In this document: piece by piece, positions 36,701 through 49,632 of the stretch
Layout of the letters: each line of letters opens with the position of its first letter
Position numbering within the stretch: position 1 is the first letter of the stretch
Source: Malacoraja senta
Lineage: Eukaryota
Assembly: GCA_038087875.1 (NCBI GenBank)
Contig: JAXLNO010001914.1
Coordinates: 62,001 to 126,000, forward strand
Length of the DNA stretch: 64,000 nt
Direction: 5' to 3'
The notes under the pieces: model-generated
Told to the model about the DNA's origin: nothing
Databases searched by the model: none
Seen by the model: only the letters and a program-made list of their open reading frames with translations
Translations under genes and position numbers: made by a program

Positions 36701-38229
36701 GGGAAGGGGAAAGGATTGGAGTGGGCACAGGAGAGGTGGAGTTGCTGCTAAACTAAGAGAGAAAGCCATGACATCCCATCTTGGAGTACCTTTGTCATTT
36801 TGACTGCAAGGAAAAATATCAAAGAAAATAGGGTATCTAAAACAAATCAATTAACGAACATAAGATTATTTGCAATATTCTTAAAGTAATGGCATTGAAA
36901 ATGAAAAGCAAAATGCAAAGTTCACACAGACTTGGTATGTGCTATGTCGAAGCCAGTCCATCTTTTATTTAAAACTCAACTGTATGACTTTAAAAATTAA
37001 GTAATTCCCATCTGCCATTAAAGTATACAATACAGTTGTAATTGTTTGCAGCAGCATGGATTAATCACGATTTACATAGTATCCTGTGGCCACATTTACA
37101 AAAGCATTTTTCTGAGATTTTCAGAGCATTTTACTTTCAATTTATAGTATTGATATTTGCATTCAAATTATGCTAAAGATTGTAACCAGCTGTCCATAAG
37201 AAGATCTCCTCATCTTATTACTAAGCAGTTTCATTTGGTGGAAATATTTCTATTCTGTTACAATGTTACGAGAAATGGCTTTAGTAAAACATTTAAAGCC
37301 TATTGTTAGTTGAAATGCCTCATCTCGTTCCTTTCTCAACTCCACCATTTATTGGCGTGCATCCGTTCACTGACGCTAAAGCATAAACGTAATTCATTGG
37401 TTATTGACCAACTCAAAATAGGTAAGGTTAAACTGACCAGTTAAAATCTAAAATAATAACAGAATAATTCTTCATTGCACTGCAAAAGAATAAGACCAGT
37501 TTTCCAAAAACTTTGTTGGCAATGACATTAAGAGAATGCTGGCATGTGTCCAAACATATATGTACAATCAGTGAGAGGAGTGGTTGGACAGTAATTGTGC
37601 CTTTATTGTCAAAGTTATTCCAACTAAAACACGAGCGGCAACTTCCAATGAAAAGAAACAACAAATTAAAGATAATTATGTCTTTCCTTCATTAAAAAAC
37701 AAAACAAAAATTACAGGCAATAACCCAAGGCTATTATCAAAGTGGAGTGAATAATTAATGTTTACATTTTCTTTTCCCTCAGTTTATATAAGAATCCTTT
37801 TTTTTTGCAAATATATATTAAAAAATCTGTGAACCAGTCTTGCAGGTACCTTAGCCATTAACATCCTGCAAATCTTTATTCTCAAGCAACTCATGTCAAT
37901 TTTCCTGAGAAGACTCCAATGTGTTTGCTGGGAGTCTTTTGTTCTGCAGACTTTAAATAAAAGTAATTGAAACTGCCAAGTGTATGGTAATCTCAAATCC
38001 AATTTGTACAGACATTTTAATGTTTTAAGTGCCTTCGGTTTGACGGACAGAATTCCATACCTTAAATTTTCTATTCTAATTTCAATATTATAGGGCAACA
38101 TTAAAAAAAAAACTTATATTTGGAAACTGCAATAGTTTTTGCAATTCATCATACAATACATAAATTCAAAAATTATCCATCGAAGTATTGAAATCAATAG
38201 AATGGACAATGATCAGCAAGATGTGGTAA

Positions 38230-38475
38230 AGGGCCTGTCCCACTTGGGCGTCATTTGCGCATCATTTACGCGACATCATTTATGCGTCACGACGCATGAC
38301 GCACGCGTCGTGACACGCACGCGATGCGCGCATGGTGTGCATTACGCGCGCATGGTGCGTGGTGACGTAGGCAATTACACGCGATCGCTCGCGGAGGCCC
38401 AGGATTTTGGGATGTACAAAATCTTCGCGCGCCATCTGCGTGACGCGCAAATGACGCCCAAGTGGGACAGGCCCT
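38230..38475. mobile_element. PIF/Harbinger-like MITE, young and CpG-rich
   Basis: Perfect 31-bp TIR AGGGCCTGTCCCACTTGGGCGTCATTTGCGC. TAA TSD at 38227-38229 and 38476-38478. Confidence 0.92.
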
Positions 38476-38569
38476 TAAGTCTTTCCATTCATGTGAAGAC
38501 TGGTCACAAGTCGTGAGATATTTGTCACCTCACACCGGAGACGCATTAATTATGGAATCAGTGCACCAG

Positions 38570-38810
38570 TGAAGCCTCTCGTAAGTTAAACTGAGACTCT
38601 GACTATCTTTTCTAGTGAACAGAAAACATCCTGTGGTTTTAATAAAAGATAAATGTTTTTTTTAATAAATGTATCCTAGTCAATACTCTTTTCTCCATAT
38701 CAACATCAAATACAATTCAAATAATTTATATTTACTGTTTGCGGGACCCTGCTAAGCACAAAATGTTCACTGTACTTGCAAACATAACTATCGTCCAAAA
38801 AACTACCGTT
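38570..38810 (+). mobile_element. Decayed Deu-domain SINE
   Basis: ACTGTTTGCGGGACCCTGCTAAGCACAAAATG resembles the Deu domain, from recall. Confidence 0.4.
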
Positions 38811-38823
38811 CAAAACTATCGTT

Positions 38824-38995
38824 CAAAGTGTTGGAGTCTCTCAATGGGTCAGGCAGCATTTCTGGAGGATGTGGATAAACAAGGAACCTGGAAGAAAACA
38901 TTATCTATCCATGTCCTCCAGTGATACCACCTGACCCACTGAGTTACTCCAGCACTTTGTGTTTTATCGTGTAAATCAACATCTGCAGTTCCGTT
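38824..38995. mobile_element. Older fold-back Penelope terminal-repeat insertion, hammerhead core lost
   Basis: Inverted arms CAAAGTGTTGGAG..GGGTCAGGCAGCAT and CTGACCCACTGAGTTACTCCAGCACTTTG, plus the tail CATCTGCAGTTCC. Confidence 0.75.
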
Positions 38996-39119
38996 TGGAC
39001 TCCAAAAGTGATGGAAAGGGGCCCTTCAGCACATCAGGTTCATGCCAACTATCCAATATTGTGTTATTTTTAATTCTCCATATATTCCCATCAGCTCCCC
39101 CTAGATCGTACCCCTCACC

Positions 39120-39309
39120 TGCAATTTATAGTGACCAATTAACCAACTAACTTGCACATTTTTGGAATAAGGGGGGAAACTAGAGCAACTGAGGGAAACC
39201 CACGTGATCACAGGGAGAATGTGCAAGCTCCACACCAAGAGGACCCGAGGTCAGCATCGAACCCGGGTCTCTGCCACTGTGAAGCATTGGTTTTATCCAC
39301 CATGTTACC
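39120..39309 (-). mobile_element. V-SINE fragment
   Basis: Reverse complement contains GGGTTCGATGC (B-box-like), GTGTGGAGCTTGCACATTCTCCCTGTGATCACGTGGGTTTCC and a V-domain remnant. Confidence 0.8.
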
Positions 39310-39361
39310 AATTGAGTGAGGATGACAAATTTTCTTTCCTAAAGTACATAAGTTAATCAGA

Positions 39362-39496
39362 GGTAGATAAAAATGCTGGAGAAACTCAGCGGGTGAGGCA
39401 GCATCTATGGAGCGTAGGAATAGGTGACGTTTCGGGTCGAGACCCTTCTTCAGACTTTCGATTTTTCCAGCATCTGCAGTTCCTTCTTAAACATTC
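39362..39496. mobile_element. Short Penelope terminal-repeat insertion (inverted segment plus tail)
   Basis: 11-bp TSD AGTTAATCAGA at 39351-39361 and 39497-39507. Same architecture as 2063-2192. Confidence 0.88.
39423..39455 (-). ncRNA. Minimal hammerhead ribozyme motif, intact
   Basis: Reverse complement reads GTCTGAAGAAGGGTCTCGACCCGAAACGTCACC. Confidence 0.75.
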
Positions 39497-42400
39497 AGTT
39501 AATCAGACAGGTTTGTTACAATGATTCAATCCAGAAGATTCTTGGTTACAGTTACTCAAACCAGTTTTGTCTTGCAATTTGAGATTTATATAAGAATCCG
39601 TATTTGTGTTTACTCGCTACCATGGCAGGATTTGAATATGTCTTTGGATCAACAATTCAGAATCTTAGCTGCTACCTTAAGAATTAGGTCCTGCAGCCCA
39701 TAATTATCTGTATTAAATTATATCTCTTACACCTAAAGGACGAGCTTATCTGACCATTTCTCTTTAGCAATACATTTAGGGCTGCTCCCGCTGACAGTGG
39801 CAAACATTTTGTTTGGCTTTACATGCTGACACCATTATCAAATCTCTAATAATGACACTGCAATTAGCCTTCTCAGCTTATGTATTGTCTGCCCATCTGA
39901 AGCCAGCCGGTTCCTTCAATGTTCTGCAGTTCAAAACGGAAGAGATCAACAGACTTCCAGAAGTGTTTTAACTGCTGGCCTGAGTGAGGAAGCTTTTGTG
40001 ATTTTCTCAAGTGAATAAAGTGGAAAAATAACAGGAGTCCAGAAGAGGTCCATACAGTTCCTTTATGTAAAAGCTTTCTTTAAAATATATATATTTCTGA
40101 TGTCAGGAAATCCAGGAGTGCTCCAAAGAAAATGTATACGCAGGAATTTATCCCTGGTCGATAACGCTAAAGTAGCTTTGTATTATGCCTTCAAAATTCA
40201 GATCTATCGACTTCCATGGAATTTAATTCCATTGAACTCTTAATGCTCTAACAAATTTCCAGCCATAGTCTCTCTTCATCCAGTTAACTCTTTTTGTGAC
40301 TGTGAGGCCCATCCAAAAATCCTACCACTAACATATTTGGCTGTGGCAGCAGTTCCATGGCCAACTCAGTAGCTCTCTGCCATCAAGAGAGCTTTACTGC
40401 CCACTGTTTGGCTGTCATTAGTTTCAAGCTCAAAGCAACAGAAGACATACGGATAAGATATAGATTAAATATTCTGCACCTATTAATGACACTCAAACCA
40501 TGTCAGCCTAATTCCAGGTTAAAACTGAAATTCTGGTATTCCCACATGACTATTCTATACTTTTTACAAGAATCAGATATCATTGACAAGTATTTATTGT
40601 GCATTTGTAATTGCCCTTGAGAAGACAATAATAGCAAACCAACTTCATAATCCTTTGCAGCCCTTCTGGTGAAGGTTCCAGCAATATTTTTCCAATTCAG
40701 GATGGTTTTAACCTATGGAGGAAATTGTAAGCTGTGGTGTTACCTCATGCACTTAATGGAAGATGTTGCAGTTTGGATGTTGTTGTCAAAATAGTCAAGA
40801 CATGCATTTTATAGATGATTCATACACTGCAAACACTGTACACCAACAGAAAAGGAAATGAAATGTTTAGAAAGCTGATCATGTTCCACATTTTAGACCC
40901 AACTAGTTATTTGGGTGGTATTGGAGCTTCACTCATCCAGGCAAATGGAGAGTTTACCATCATGTGTCTACTGGATGTTGATGGAGAGACTCGCTGATTG
41001 TACCAGTAATTCTAGCGGAAATTAAAGGTATTCGGGATTATTAAATCAGAGAATAACCAAGATAACCATTTGAAATATGCTCTAGAGGCTAAATAATGAC
41101 CTACTGGTTATATTCTCCCAAGTTAGCCATTAGGAATCTAATTTGACACTTGCCACACCTCCCTTACTGTTCATATTGTCTCAGATTTGGAAATTTTTCA
41201 CAATAATCTTGAAACATCAAGTGTGAATTCTAAGATATACACTTCCAAACAGGTATACTGTAATAGTTATCAGGGTATATTTACTGTGAATGTTTCTCAA
41301 AAAGGCTTTTATTCAATTTTACAAATAATTGCCTTTGATCTCTGTATTGTCCTGTGCTACGTTGAACCAGATTTAACAGCATAAGAGATATAGTCTGATC
41401 TGGTGACAGTGTAGTCATGTGATTCCATGTCTTTAACAATTGCTAATGTAGCTGTCAATCTTTCCTCCTTCTTAAAAACTGTTTGCACACATGAAGCAAG
41501 CACACAGATGGCTAAGTACGATAGACCCAAGAAAACGTATAGGACTGGGTGGCCTCGAGGATGTTAGAGCAATGGCATGCCTCCTACAATTGATTTTGAT
41601 TTCATAAACTATTTTTCCAGTCCCTCGTGCAATACTAACTAGTTTCTAGACAAACTGTTCCAGGCAACAGTAACAGCATTTCTATAAAGCTTGACTTTTG
41701 ACCCAGATCCAGCACTGGTAATTGTACAAAATGCAGAAACATTTCTGAGCACACATTTGTCGTGAACACAGTCTGCAACAATTAATGCTCGACTATTGAG
41801 AATGGTAATAATCTGGCTTTAACATCAAACGTTTCATTAATTAGATGACTATATATTAAATGTGGCTTAATTTTATGTGGAGACAAAAAAGTGCCTAGTT
41901 TGAAGTGAATTATTGAAGTTTCAAGAGCATTTTGAAGAAATGCGCAAAGGATTGAAATTCTTGAGCAAGTCCACGTCGTATAGAGCATCACATATTATGC
42001 AAATGAAATGTTAATTTGGGGAACTGTGAATTAAATATGCTTGTGTAAACTGGTCTACTGGTAGTGAGCTGTGGGAATCTGGACAACTGTGTTTTAAAAA
42101 AAGGCAGCTGTACTAACTCCCACTGAAAGCATGGCAGAGATCGCTTTCATGTCTTTACAATTTGTGTTTATGAGGTGATAACATTTTTACAAATGCCATC
42201 ATTTTTGCTTTTTTATATTGCAAGTGACAGACCGACATTTTACAACAGGCTTACAGAAAACAAGAATTGAGCGTTCTGTCTGTAATGGACATTAACTGTT
42301 GAATAGAGATTCATATGCAAATGAAGAAACTTTCACTCAATGCTGCGTATCAAGACTGACCAGCGATGAATGCAAAACTAAACGAGGACAAGGAATTTTT

Positions 42401-44789
42401 TTAAAGACCGATTTTGGGGTTAAGCCAAATTCAAGTATCTGCAAGATTGCTGGATTCTTAATTAACCTGCTCTTTTCATCAAGTTTCCCGAAAACAAAAT
42501 TTTAAACCAATGTACCACAAGCATAGAGACAACTATTAAAAATCTATTATATTTTACCATGACTGGAAGCCACCTATTTTTTTTAAATATCTCACATGCT
42601 GAATATTTTAATTACTTAATCTATCTACTGGGACCTACAAGGAAGTTTGGTAAGTGCCGGTTTACAGGAATGTTGCCACTCCATTAAAAGAAGACACCAC
42701 AAGCCTTCGAACTTGAGCCAGAAAATGTTCTTGGTATATCATATACACCAGGAAAAATGAACTTCCAGCATATAAAACATACTTAGTCATACTTCCACTG
42801 GTTTCATAAACAGGTCATCAAATCCAAGGAATCATATCTCAAGATTTTGAAATTGTAGTAGCAGAGGCTGAAATTCATCTTTTTATCTAATTTAATATGT
42901 GCACAAAATCCCATAGCCCACTATATCCACATCACAACAGCTGTGAAACATGCTGAGGGTTCACCTAGCTCTCGAGAAATTATTTGGGCTATGCCCAAGT
43001 TCAGAATCTACATCATTAAGGCATTACCAGGCACTGTTCTGGGCTCAGTGAAACATCCTGGTAACATAATTGATCACAGAGGAATCAATAGTCACAATGC
43101 ATTTCCCATCAATCAATTAAAATATGTGTCCCTCCTCAATTTTCACATTCACTCTACCTCTGGTTTCAATACTTACAGCAGATGGGCTTACAGTGAGCTC
43201 ACACTAGTTCCATCAGGTACCTCTGCTATGTTTTGTTGGTTTGGTATCTACTTAAATGATGTTCTCAATATTTTTGAAATGTTATTGTGAATCTTAGGCA
43301 ACAGGCTGAAGAACATTTGGGGACAGAAAGAGCCCACAAAGCACGTGACCAGTTAAGCTGTTTTAGCAGGTTTAGCTGGAGGCATGGGGAGCACAGCAAT
43401 GTTCTTTGTTGGGCACGACATTCTTAATACTCAACATAGTAAGCATTTAAGGCATGATTTATTATTTCATCCAAAAAACAGTTCCTCAGACACTGCATTA
43501 TTTAACCTGGAAGCTTAACATTGCCTTTTGGGTGACAGAAATAAAACAATTCTATCACGAGCATTCCTCTTTTTGAAGTGATCAAAGTCAAGAAGTTAAA
43601 TAACTGGTTAGTTATAAACCACACCTTGTTTTCAGTACAAAAAGTTTAATATTATCCATTGGCAGAACAGAATTTGGCTTCTCCTTCCTCCATTGTGCAA
43701 CTTGTTGTTGCTACATGAGACAAGGATAAACAAGTTATATTCAACAAAGGAAAAGAAACAACAATAGTCAAAAAACCCACAGAGCTGATTATTTTAACAA
43801 ACTATCAATTGTTGGCATCAGCATCCATGAATGACATGGCAATGCTAGGTATCCATAATCCCCAAGCTATAGTTAGTCAGTGATCCTTTGAGCTGTCATC
43901 AATCAGTCTCTATCACCCTTCTTTGGGGAGCACCATATTGTTTTCTGCAGTATCAACAGATTTATTATTCCTGTCCTGTCCTTTCAGCTGAAACTGATTG
44001 CATTCTCCTTCCAGTGTGGCACATTTCTTCTGCATGGAACCACACTGCCTCATTTTCCACCCTTGGTCCAATTTGTACTTGGTGTACCTCCTGCAGTGTA
44101 ACATAGTGCATCTACAACTGGACCAGTCAACCTGACCACACAAGCAGTTAAAATACCCCAAAAGAGAAAGTGTTTCAGTCAATTTATCTGCATGCCTGCT
44201 GTATTAATAAAACACTGTGAAAATAGTGTTAAAAGAGTGAAACACACAACTGCAAAATACTGCTAAACTCAACAAACCAAGCAGCATCTGTAGAGAAACG
44301 AAGGAAGATATACTGTTTCAGGGCTACGGTCCTTTCTCTGGTCTGCTGAGAAGTTCAGCTTTCTGCTATCTACAGTATGTTCCTTAAAGGTAAGAAAAGA
44401 GTTACAAGATTCAACATTTTAAAACTTCTGATAATGAGATCTAGATTATAATTTTTTATATTATATTTTTTAGCTATGATAGTCTCTGGTTTTGCAGAAC
44501 TCCAATGGTAAAACACTTGAAATGCATAAAGGCAGTTTTATTCTACTTGCCCACAAGTCACAGAGGTGTATCAAAATGTATCAACTAATTTTGGAAAGCT
44601 GGTTGACATTATTAATTAACAAAAAGAAACCAGCTAATTATACAGTTTCTACAAAATGAGGAAAACCTGCTAATGAGTTAAATTATTCGGTTTATGCTTG
44701 TACACACATTATCATGGAAACCTTTTCAGCTTCACAATCCAACAGGTATCAGGAACACCAGAATAATGCAAGCTTTCAAGACTGTCACA

Positions 44790-44995
44790 GTCGTAGAGCC
44801 ATAGAGTCATACAGTCCGCAAACAGGTACTCGGGCCCAACTCGTTCATGCTGAGAAAGATGCCTCATCTAAGAAAGTCCCATTTGCATGTGTTTGCCCCA
44901 AATCCCTCTAGACCTTTCCGATCCATGTACCTACCTGCCTCTGCTACTTCCTTTGCCTACACATTCCTCTATGCACCATCCATTGCGTGAAAAAG
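44790..44995 (-). mobile_element. CR1 3' end fragment
   Basis: CATAGAGTCATACAGTCCGCAAACAGG..GGCCCAACTCGTTCATGC..CACCATCCATTGCGTGAAAAAG is the reverse complement of a CR1 3' region. Confidence 0.65.
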
Positions 44996-45953
44996 GGTGC
45001 GTGAAATATATTGTGATAAATTGCGAGAATGAATTGGAATATTTTGTGCACCTTCTCCCATACCTGTTTAATGCCCATTTAAAATTTCTTGACATAGAAA
45101 TCATGGTCTTTGTGTTAATTAGATCAGAGTGCAAGTTTTTTGTGAAGACTTTTTTTTTGCATTCTCGATGTGGATTCTATCTAATATTATTCCATATTAA
45201 CATATTTTCAGTGTGCAATTGCCTCCATTAAATTTTGTAATTCCATTGTTCAATGTAAAATCATTATAATGAAACAACTCCTACATGTGATGTGATCATT
45301 CAAGTGCTTAGTATCAAACTTTGACGGTTATTTTAATTCAATTATTTTTATCAATTAATAATAGAAGAGAAATTGAAATAAATATTTTGAACTTTTATCA
45401 TTAACATCACCCAGTCATTTCCAGAATGTTGTATTTAATGCTCTTTTATTTTGGAGTTTCCAGCTTGACTATTGTTGGCAATCTTTTCAGCATTAGTAGC
45501 CGACAGCATTGAATGACACTAGCAATACCGCAGACTTTTGTATCCAGGGTGTTTATCCGCCTCACTGCAGTGGAATACGAGAAGAAAGTTATATATATGT
45601 GGTGTGATGGGCTAGCCAGTTTTTAACTCACATTCCTGTGCAGACAATTTTAAAACTACCGGCTGCAACTTTTATCTTCAGTACACTGTATAAAAGAAGC
45701 AAAAGGAGCTTGAGCAATTTTCATGATTGGGCCTAATTTGAATCTTTGCAGCAAGCTGCCAGCACCATCTGACAGCTTGTTCATTGGGGAGGGGGTGGGA
45801 AAGGAGCAGAGTTGGAAGTCGACTGTTAAGTAGTTGGTGGACAATAGGGAAAGATTGGCACAGAAGAATTGGCAGAAAGAGAAATATTTATGCTCCTCTT
45901 GACTCCTCAAATAAAATCTGTGGTTGCTTTTCAGAGCTACCTATGGTTCATAG

Positions 45954-45982
45954 TTCCAGCATCTGCAGTTCTTTCTTAAACA
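45954..45982 (+). mobile_element. Solo Penelope terminal-repeat tail
   Basis: TTCCAGCATCTGCAGTTCTTTCTTAAACA is essentially identical to 2165-2192 and 39465-39493. Confidence 0.75.
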
Positions 45983-46390
45983 TTTATGTACGACTGACAG
46001 GGCTTCTCAAAAGGTTGCTTGCACTGGATCTCTTTAAGTAGAACGTGGTCAAACAGACTGCAGATAAGCTGCAGCTTATTTCAGGCAGACACGTTGTTTG
46101 TTTGTTTCCTGGCTCACTTGAAAAATAACAGCAAGCAGATGTCAACAGGGCCAGGTAAAAAATAATATTCACATAGCAGTAAACATAAAGAGAGCACAGC
46201 TCACCATTGACAGCACCATTTTCACCTTTCCACCCAGTCCCCTTTCCATCCTGGCACGCGGTTGAGAAAAACTTCACTAAGATGGTGAGACCAGATGCTA
46301 CTGAGATGCTACTCACAGAAACAGCCTCTCTTTCTTCTATTTTATGTTTCTGCATTTTAAATTACAAACTCAGGACATCAATGCAATAAG

Positions 46391-47300
46391 CATGGGCGGA
46401 AATCCCGGGGGGGGGACGAGAGGGGGCATGTCCCCCCCCTCCCCCCCCCCGTGTTTTGAGAGGTGGGGGACAATCCCTCCCCCCATGTTTTGTGATACAG
46501 ATTTTAAAATTCGGTGGAAAAAAATCTCCGCTTTCCGTGAGACAGTGGGGGTGTCACTGTTAAGCGCTTGTTATGTCTCTATTAACACCGTATTAAACGA
46601 TGTGTCACCAATTGTGTCTTGACCTTCAAGTATTACTGAAGGTATTCACGGAGAATTTCTTAAAGCTGTCTGATGTGGGTACAATTACCATTCGAACTAA
46701 TTGGATGTATTGGTGGATGGGAAAGATTTAAACAGGTATCGGAATAAAACGGGACAGGTCATTAAGTGCTCCTGTCAAATGGGTTTCCTGGCTGGCTTGC
46801 AGGCAAGTCCCTCATTCAGGTTACTTACGTTATTTAGTATTTTTTCCCCATCTCTCTCTCTCTCTCCCCCAGAAGGTTGGTTCTTCAGTTTGCCTTTATT
46901 TGCTTCAGTTTTATTTGTTTAAGTGTTATTTATCACATTGTAGCTTTTGAAAGATTCAAGCGTGTATCAGACGCTTTCTAGAGGCTGAATCGGGGCCTTT
47001 CATCGCCCGGCGCGGCTTAAATTCAAACTGTTGCACCGAGGCGATCGAGGCTCCCAATGTTGAAGCCACCGCTGGCCGATTTTAAGCCGCGCCAGGCGAT
47101 GAAAAGCCCCGCAAACGGGCCGATTCAAGCCCCACGAGGACGAAGCTGCTGTTGCTGGAGTCGATCACCAACCAGGTCAGCTCCCGATGTTACCATCCAC
47201 AAGCCCCACAGCCAAAGCCTCCACAGCCTCGTGTGTGTGTGTGTGTGTGTGTGGCCACCAATGAATTGTGTCCCCCCCATGTTTTGATAGCGATTTCCGC
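46391..47300. mobile_element. Non-autonomous TIR DNA transposon (hAT-like, tentative)
   Basis: Left end CATGGGCGGAAATC and truncated right end GATTTCCGC. Subterminal TCCCCCC..ATGTTTTG motifs are repeated, ATAAG occurs on both flanks, and there is an internal palindrome and (TG)n. Confidence 0.65.
47231..47252 (+). repeat. (GT)11 microsatellite
   Basis: GTGTGTGTGTGTGTGTGTGTGT. Confidence 0.95.
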
Positions 47301-47484
47301 ATAAGCTACATGTATGAAAATGCTCAAACATCCTCACAGTGAGAAACCAGAGACTAAACTGAATTTGCAGAGTAAACAAGAGCTCGAAAAGGCCATAAAA
47401 AAAACTATGTAAAAGCACTCTACCAGTCCTTCCAGGTGAGAGAGAGGTTCACATACACTTTTTTCATCCTCCACTATTGCCTCT

Positions 47485-47856
47485 GTAAATTGCCCCTAGT
47501 AAACTGCCTCTGACCTCGGGTGGACTAGGAGGAGGACTGGACATTTTAGTGCCTTCCCTCACAGTGGAGAGTGTAGATTCTGCTGTGGGGGGATGTTCAT
47601 CTTGAATCTCTTACAGTGTGTTGTGTCATTTTTTTTCCTTCTCTTTTTATTATTTATATGGATAATTTTCTCTGTAAAGCACTTTGGCTTCTTTGATTGA
47701 AATTGATTGAAAAGTGCTATATAAATAAATTTACTTTACTTTACTTTACTAGTGCGTAGGATGGGTTAGCATAGAACTAGCATACGTGTGATCGATGCTC
47801 GGGTGGACTCGGTGGGTCGCAGGACTTGTTTCCATGCTGTATTTCTAAACTAAACC
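47485..47856 (+). mobile_element. V-SINE 3' part interrupted by an element with an L2-type tail (~47501-47750)
   Basis: TAAATTGCCCCTAGT ... AGTGCGTAGGATGG..GACTCGGTGGG..TGTTTCCATGCTGTATTTCTAAACTAAAC. The insert ends TGTAAAGCACTTTG..AAAGTGCTATATAAATAAA(TTTAC)n. Confidence 0.65.
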
Positions 47857-47904
47857 AAATTGCCAGAGTAAAACCAACCCAGCGTTAAGGACATTAGGCA
47901 TTAC

Positions 47905-48180
47905 ATTTCACTCTCTTCCTTCTTTATCTGATACCCTTTTGTCTCCTTTGTCACTATCTCTACCCATCTGTCAATTCACGCCTCCACCCCCGACCTGTAT
48001 CCATTGGTCACTTCCCTCACCCACCTCTCTTTTCCAGCAATCTTCCAACTACTCTATCAATTTAAAGAAGTCCCAAGCCAAAACGTCATCAGCCCATTCC
48101 CTCCACAGATGATGCCTGACCCGTTGAGTTCTTCCAGCACTTTGTTTTTTGTTCAAGATTCAAGCATCTGCAGTTTCTCA
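47905..48180 (+). mobile_element. Decayed Penelope 3' UTR and terminal repeat
   Basis: CT-rich UTR, then AAAACGTC..CACAGATGATGCCTGACCCGTTGAGTTCTTCCAGCACTTTG..AGCATCTGCAGTT. Confidence 0.7.
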
Positions 48181-49049
48181 TCTCCTCATAAAAATATTCT
48201 TCAGGTTTTCACTAACTGTCCTGCTTCTTGGTTCCTCTTATTCATCCAAATATCCCTACTGAATTGTGAGACCCAGCTTTAATTATTATTAATAATGATA
48301 ATGCTTATTTACTGTAATATTGTTAATTGTGAGGGGTTTAAGCAAACAAGCCAAAATCTATAATCTTGCTGTACACTGTTGACAACAAAATTAAAAGAAA
48401 ACAATTTTCCCATCAACTTGAGGTTGTGGTGTTAATGCTGAATCAAGGAACTATTTACTCCATCTGTCCTGGTTCAATAAGTAACTATGCAATTTGGATT
48501 TTAAATAGTGAGAAACCGAGAACAAAAAAATAATATTAACTGTTTACTACAGCTCTATGTGACAGATGAACACAGTTAACACCAGGAGTGTTACGATAGC
48601 TCAGAGGGGTAGAAATTTTCTTTTATGCATACATCTACACTCATCATCTGCGTTGTAAACGATTTTTCCATCTCATACACACCTTATCCACAGCAAGCTT
48701 CCAGAATTCAGCTTGAGAACAATTAATAGGGTTGACCTTGTTAGTTGTACAATTGTTTCAAGCTGGCGATCCTATCTCAGTAATACTCCTTTCTTCTACA
48801 GCTCTAAGAAGGAAATTAATTTTTAGAACTCTGGCTTCTAGCTCATCGCCATATTTGATCACCACATGTCTCCCTGTTTGGCTTAATATTCATTTTTGAT
48901 TGTTAACACAAGGTGAAGCATCTTGAGATATTTTTGCAATAGCAGACTAATGGTAATTGTTGCAACCACTGTAAGTTATCAAATGACCCATTGAATGATT
49001 GAAAACCATAAATATTTCAATATCAAAAACTAAACTTCATCTGATTGTT

Positions 49050-49590
49050 TATAGAGCCATACAGCACAGAAATAGGCCTTACCTCCCAACTCATCCATGC
49101 CGACCAAGATGCCCATCTGTGCTAGTCCCATCTTCCATATTTGACTATATCTACATAAATCTTTCCAAAATATATACTACCCAAATGTTTTTTAAATGTT
49201 GTTATTGTACTTGCCTCATCTACATCCTCTGGTAGCTTGGTCCATATATAAACCACCCTCTATTATTTTTTTCACCTCTCACTTTAAACCAATGCCCTCT
49301 AGTTCTTAACTCCCCAATCATGGGAAAAAGACTATGTGTATACATCCTTTCTATGTCCATCATGATTTTATACACCTCTATAAGATCACATCTCAGTCTC
49401 CTATACTCCAAGGAACAAAGTTCCAGTCTGCTCAACCTCTCCCTATAACTCGTCCCTCAGGTCCTGGCAACATCCTTGTAAATCTTTGCTCCACTCATTC
49501 CAGCTGAACAGCAACCTTCCTTTAGCATGGTGACCGAAACTAAACACAATACTCAAAGGGCGGCCTCGTGAATGTTGTGTACAACTGCAA
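49050..49590 (-). mobile_element. CR1 LINE 3' fragment
   Basis: ORF 49220-49435 reads LELCSLEYRRLRCDLIEVYKIM..LFP..ELRTRGHWFKVRG, followed by a CR1 3' UTR. Confidence 0.88.
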
Positions 49591-49632
49591 AATAAATGTT
49601 AGCGCTATCGTGTACTGTTTTGGCGTAGTTCC

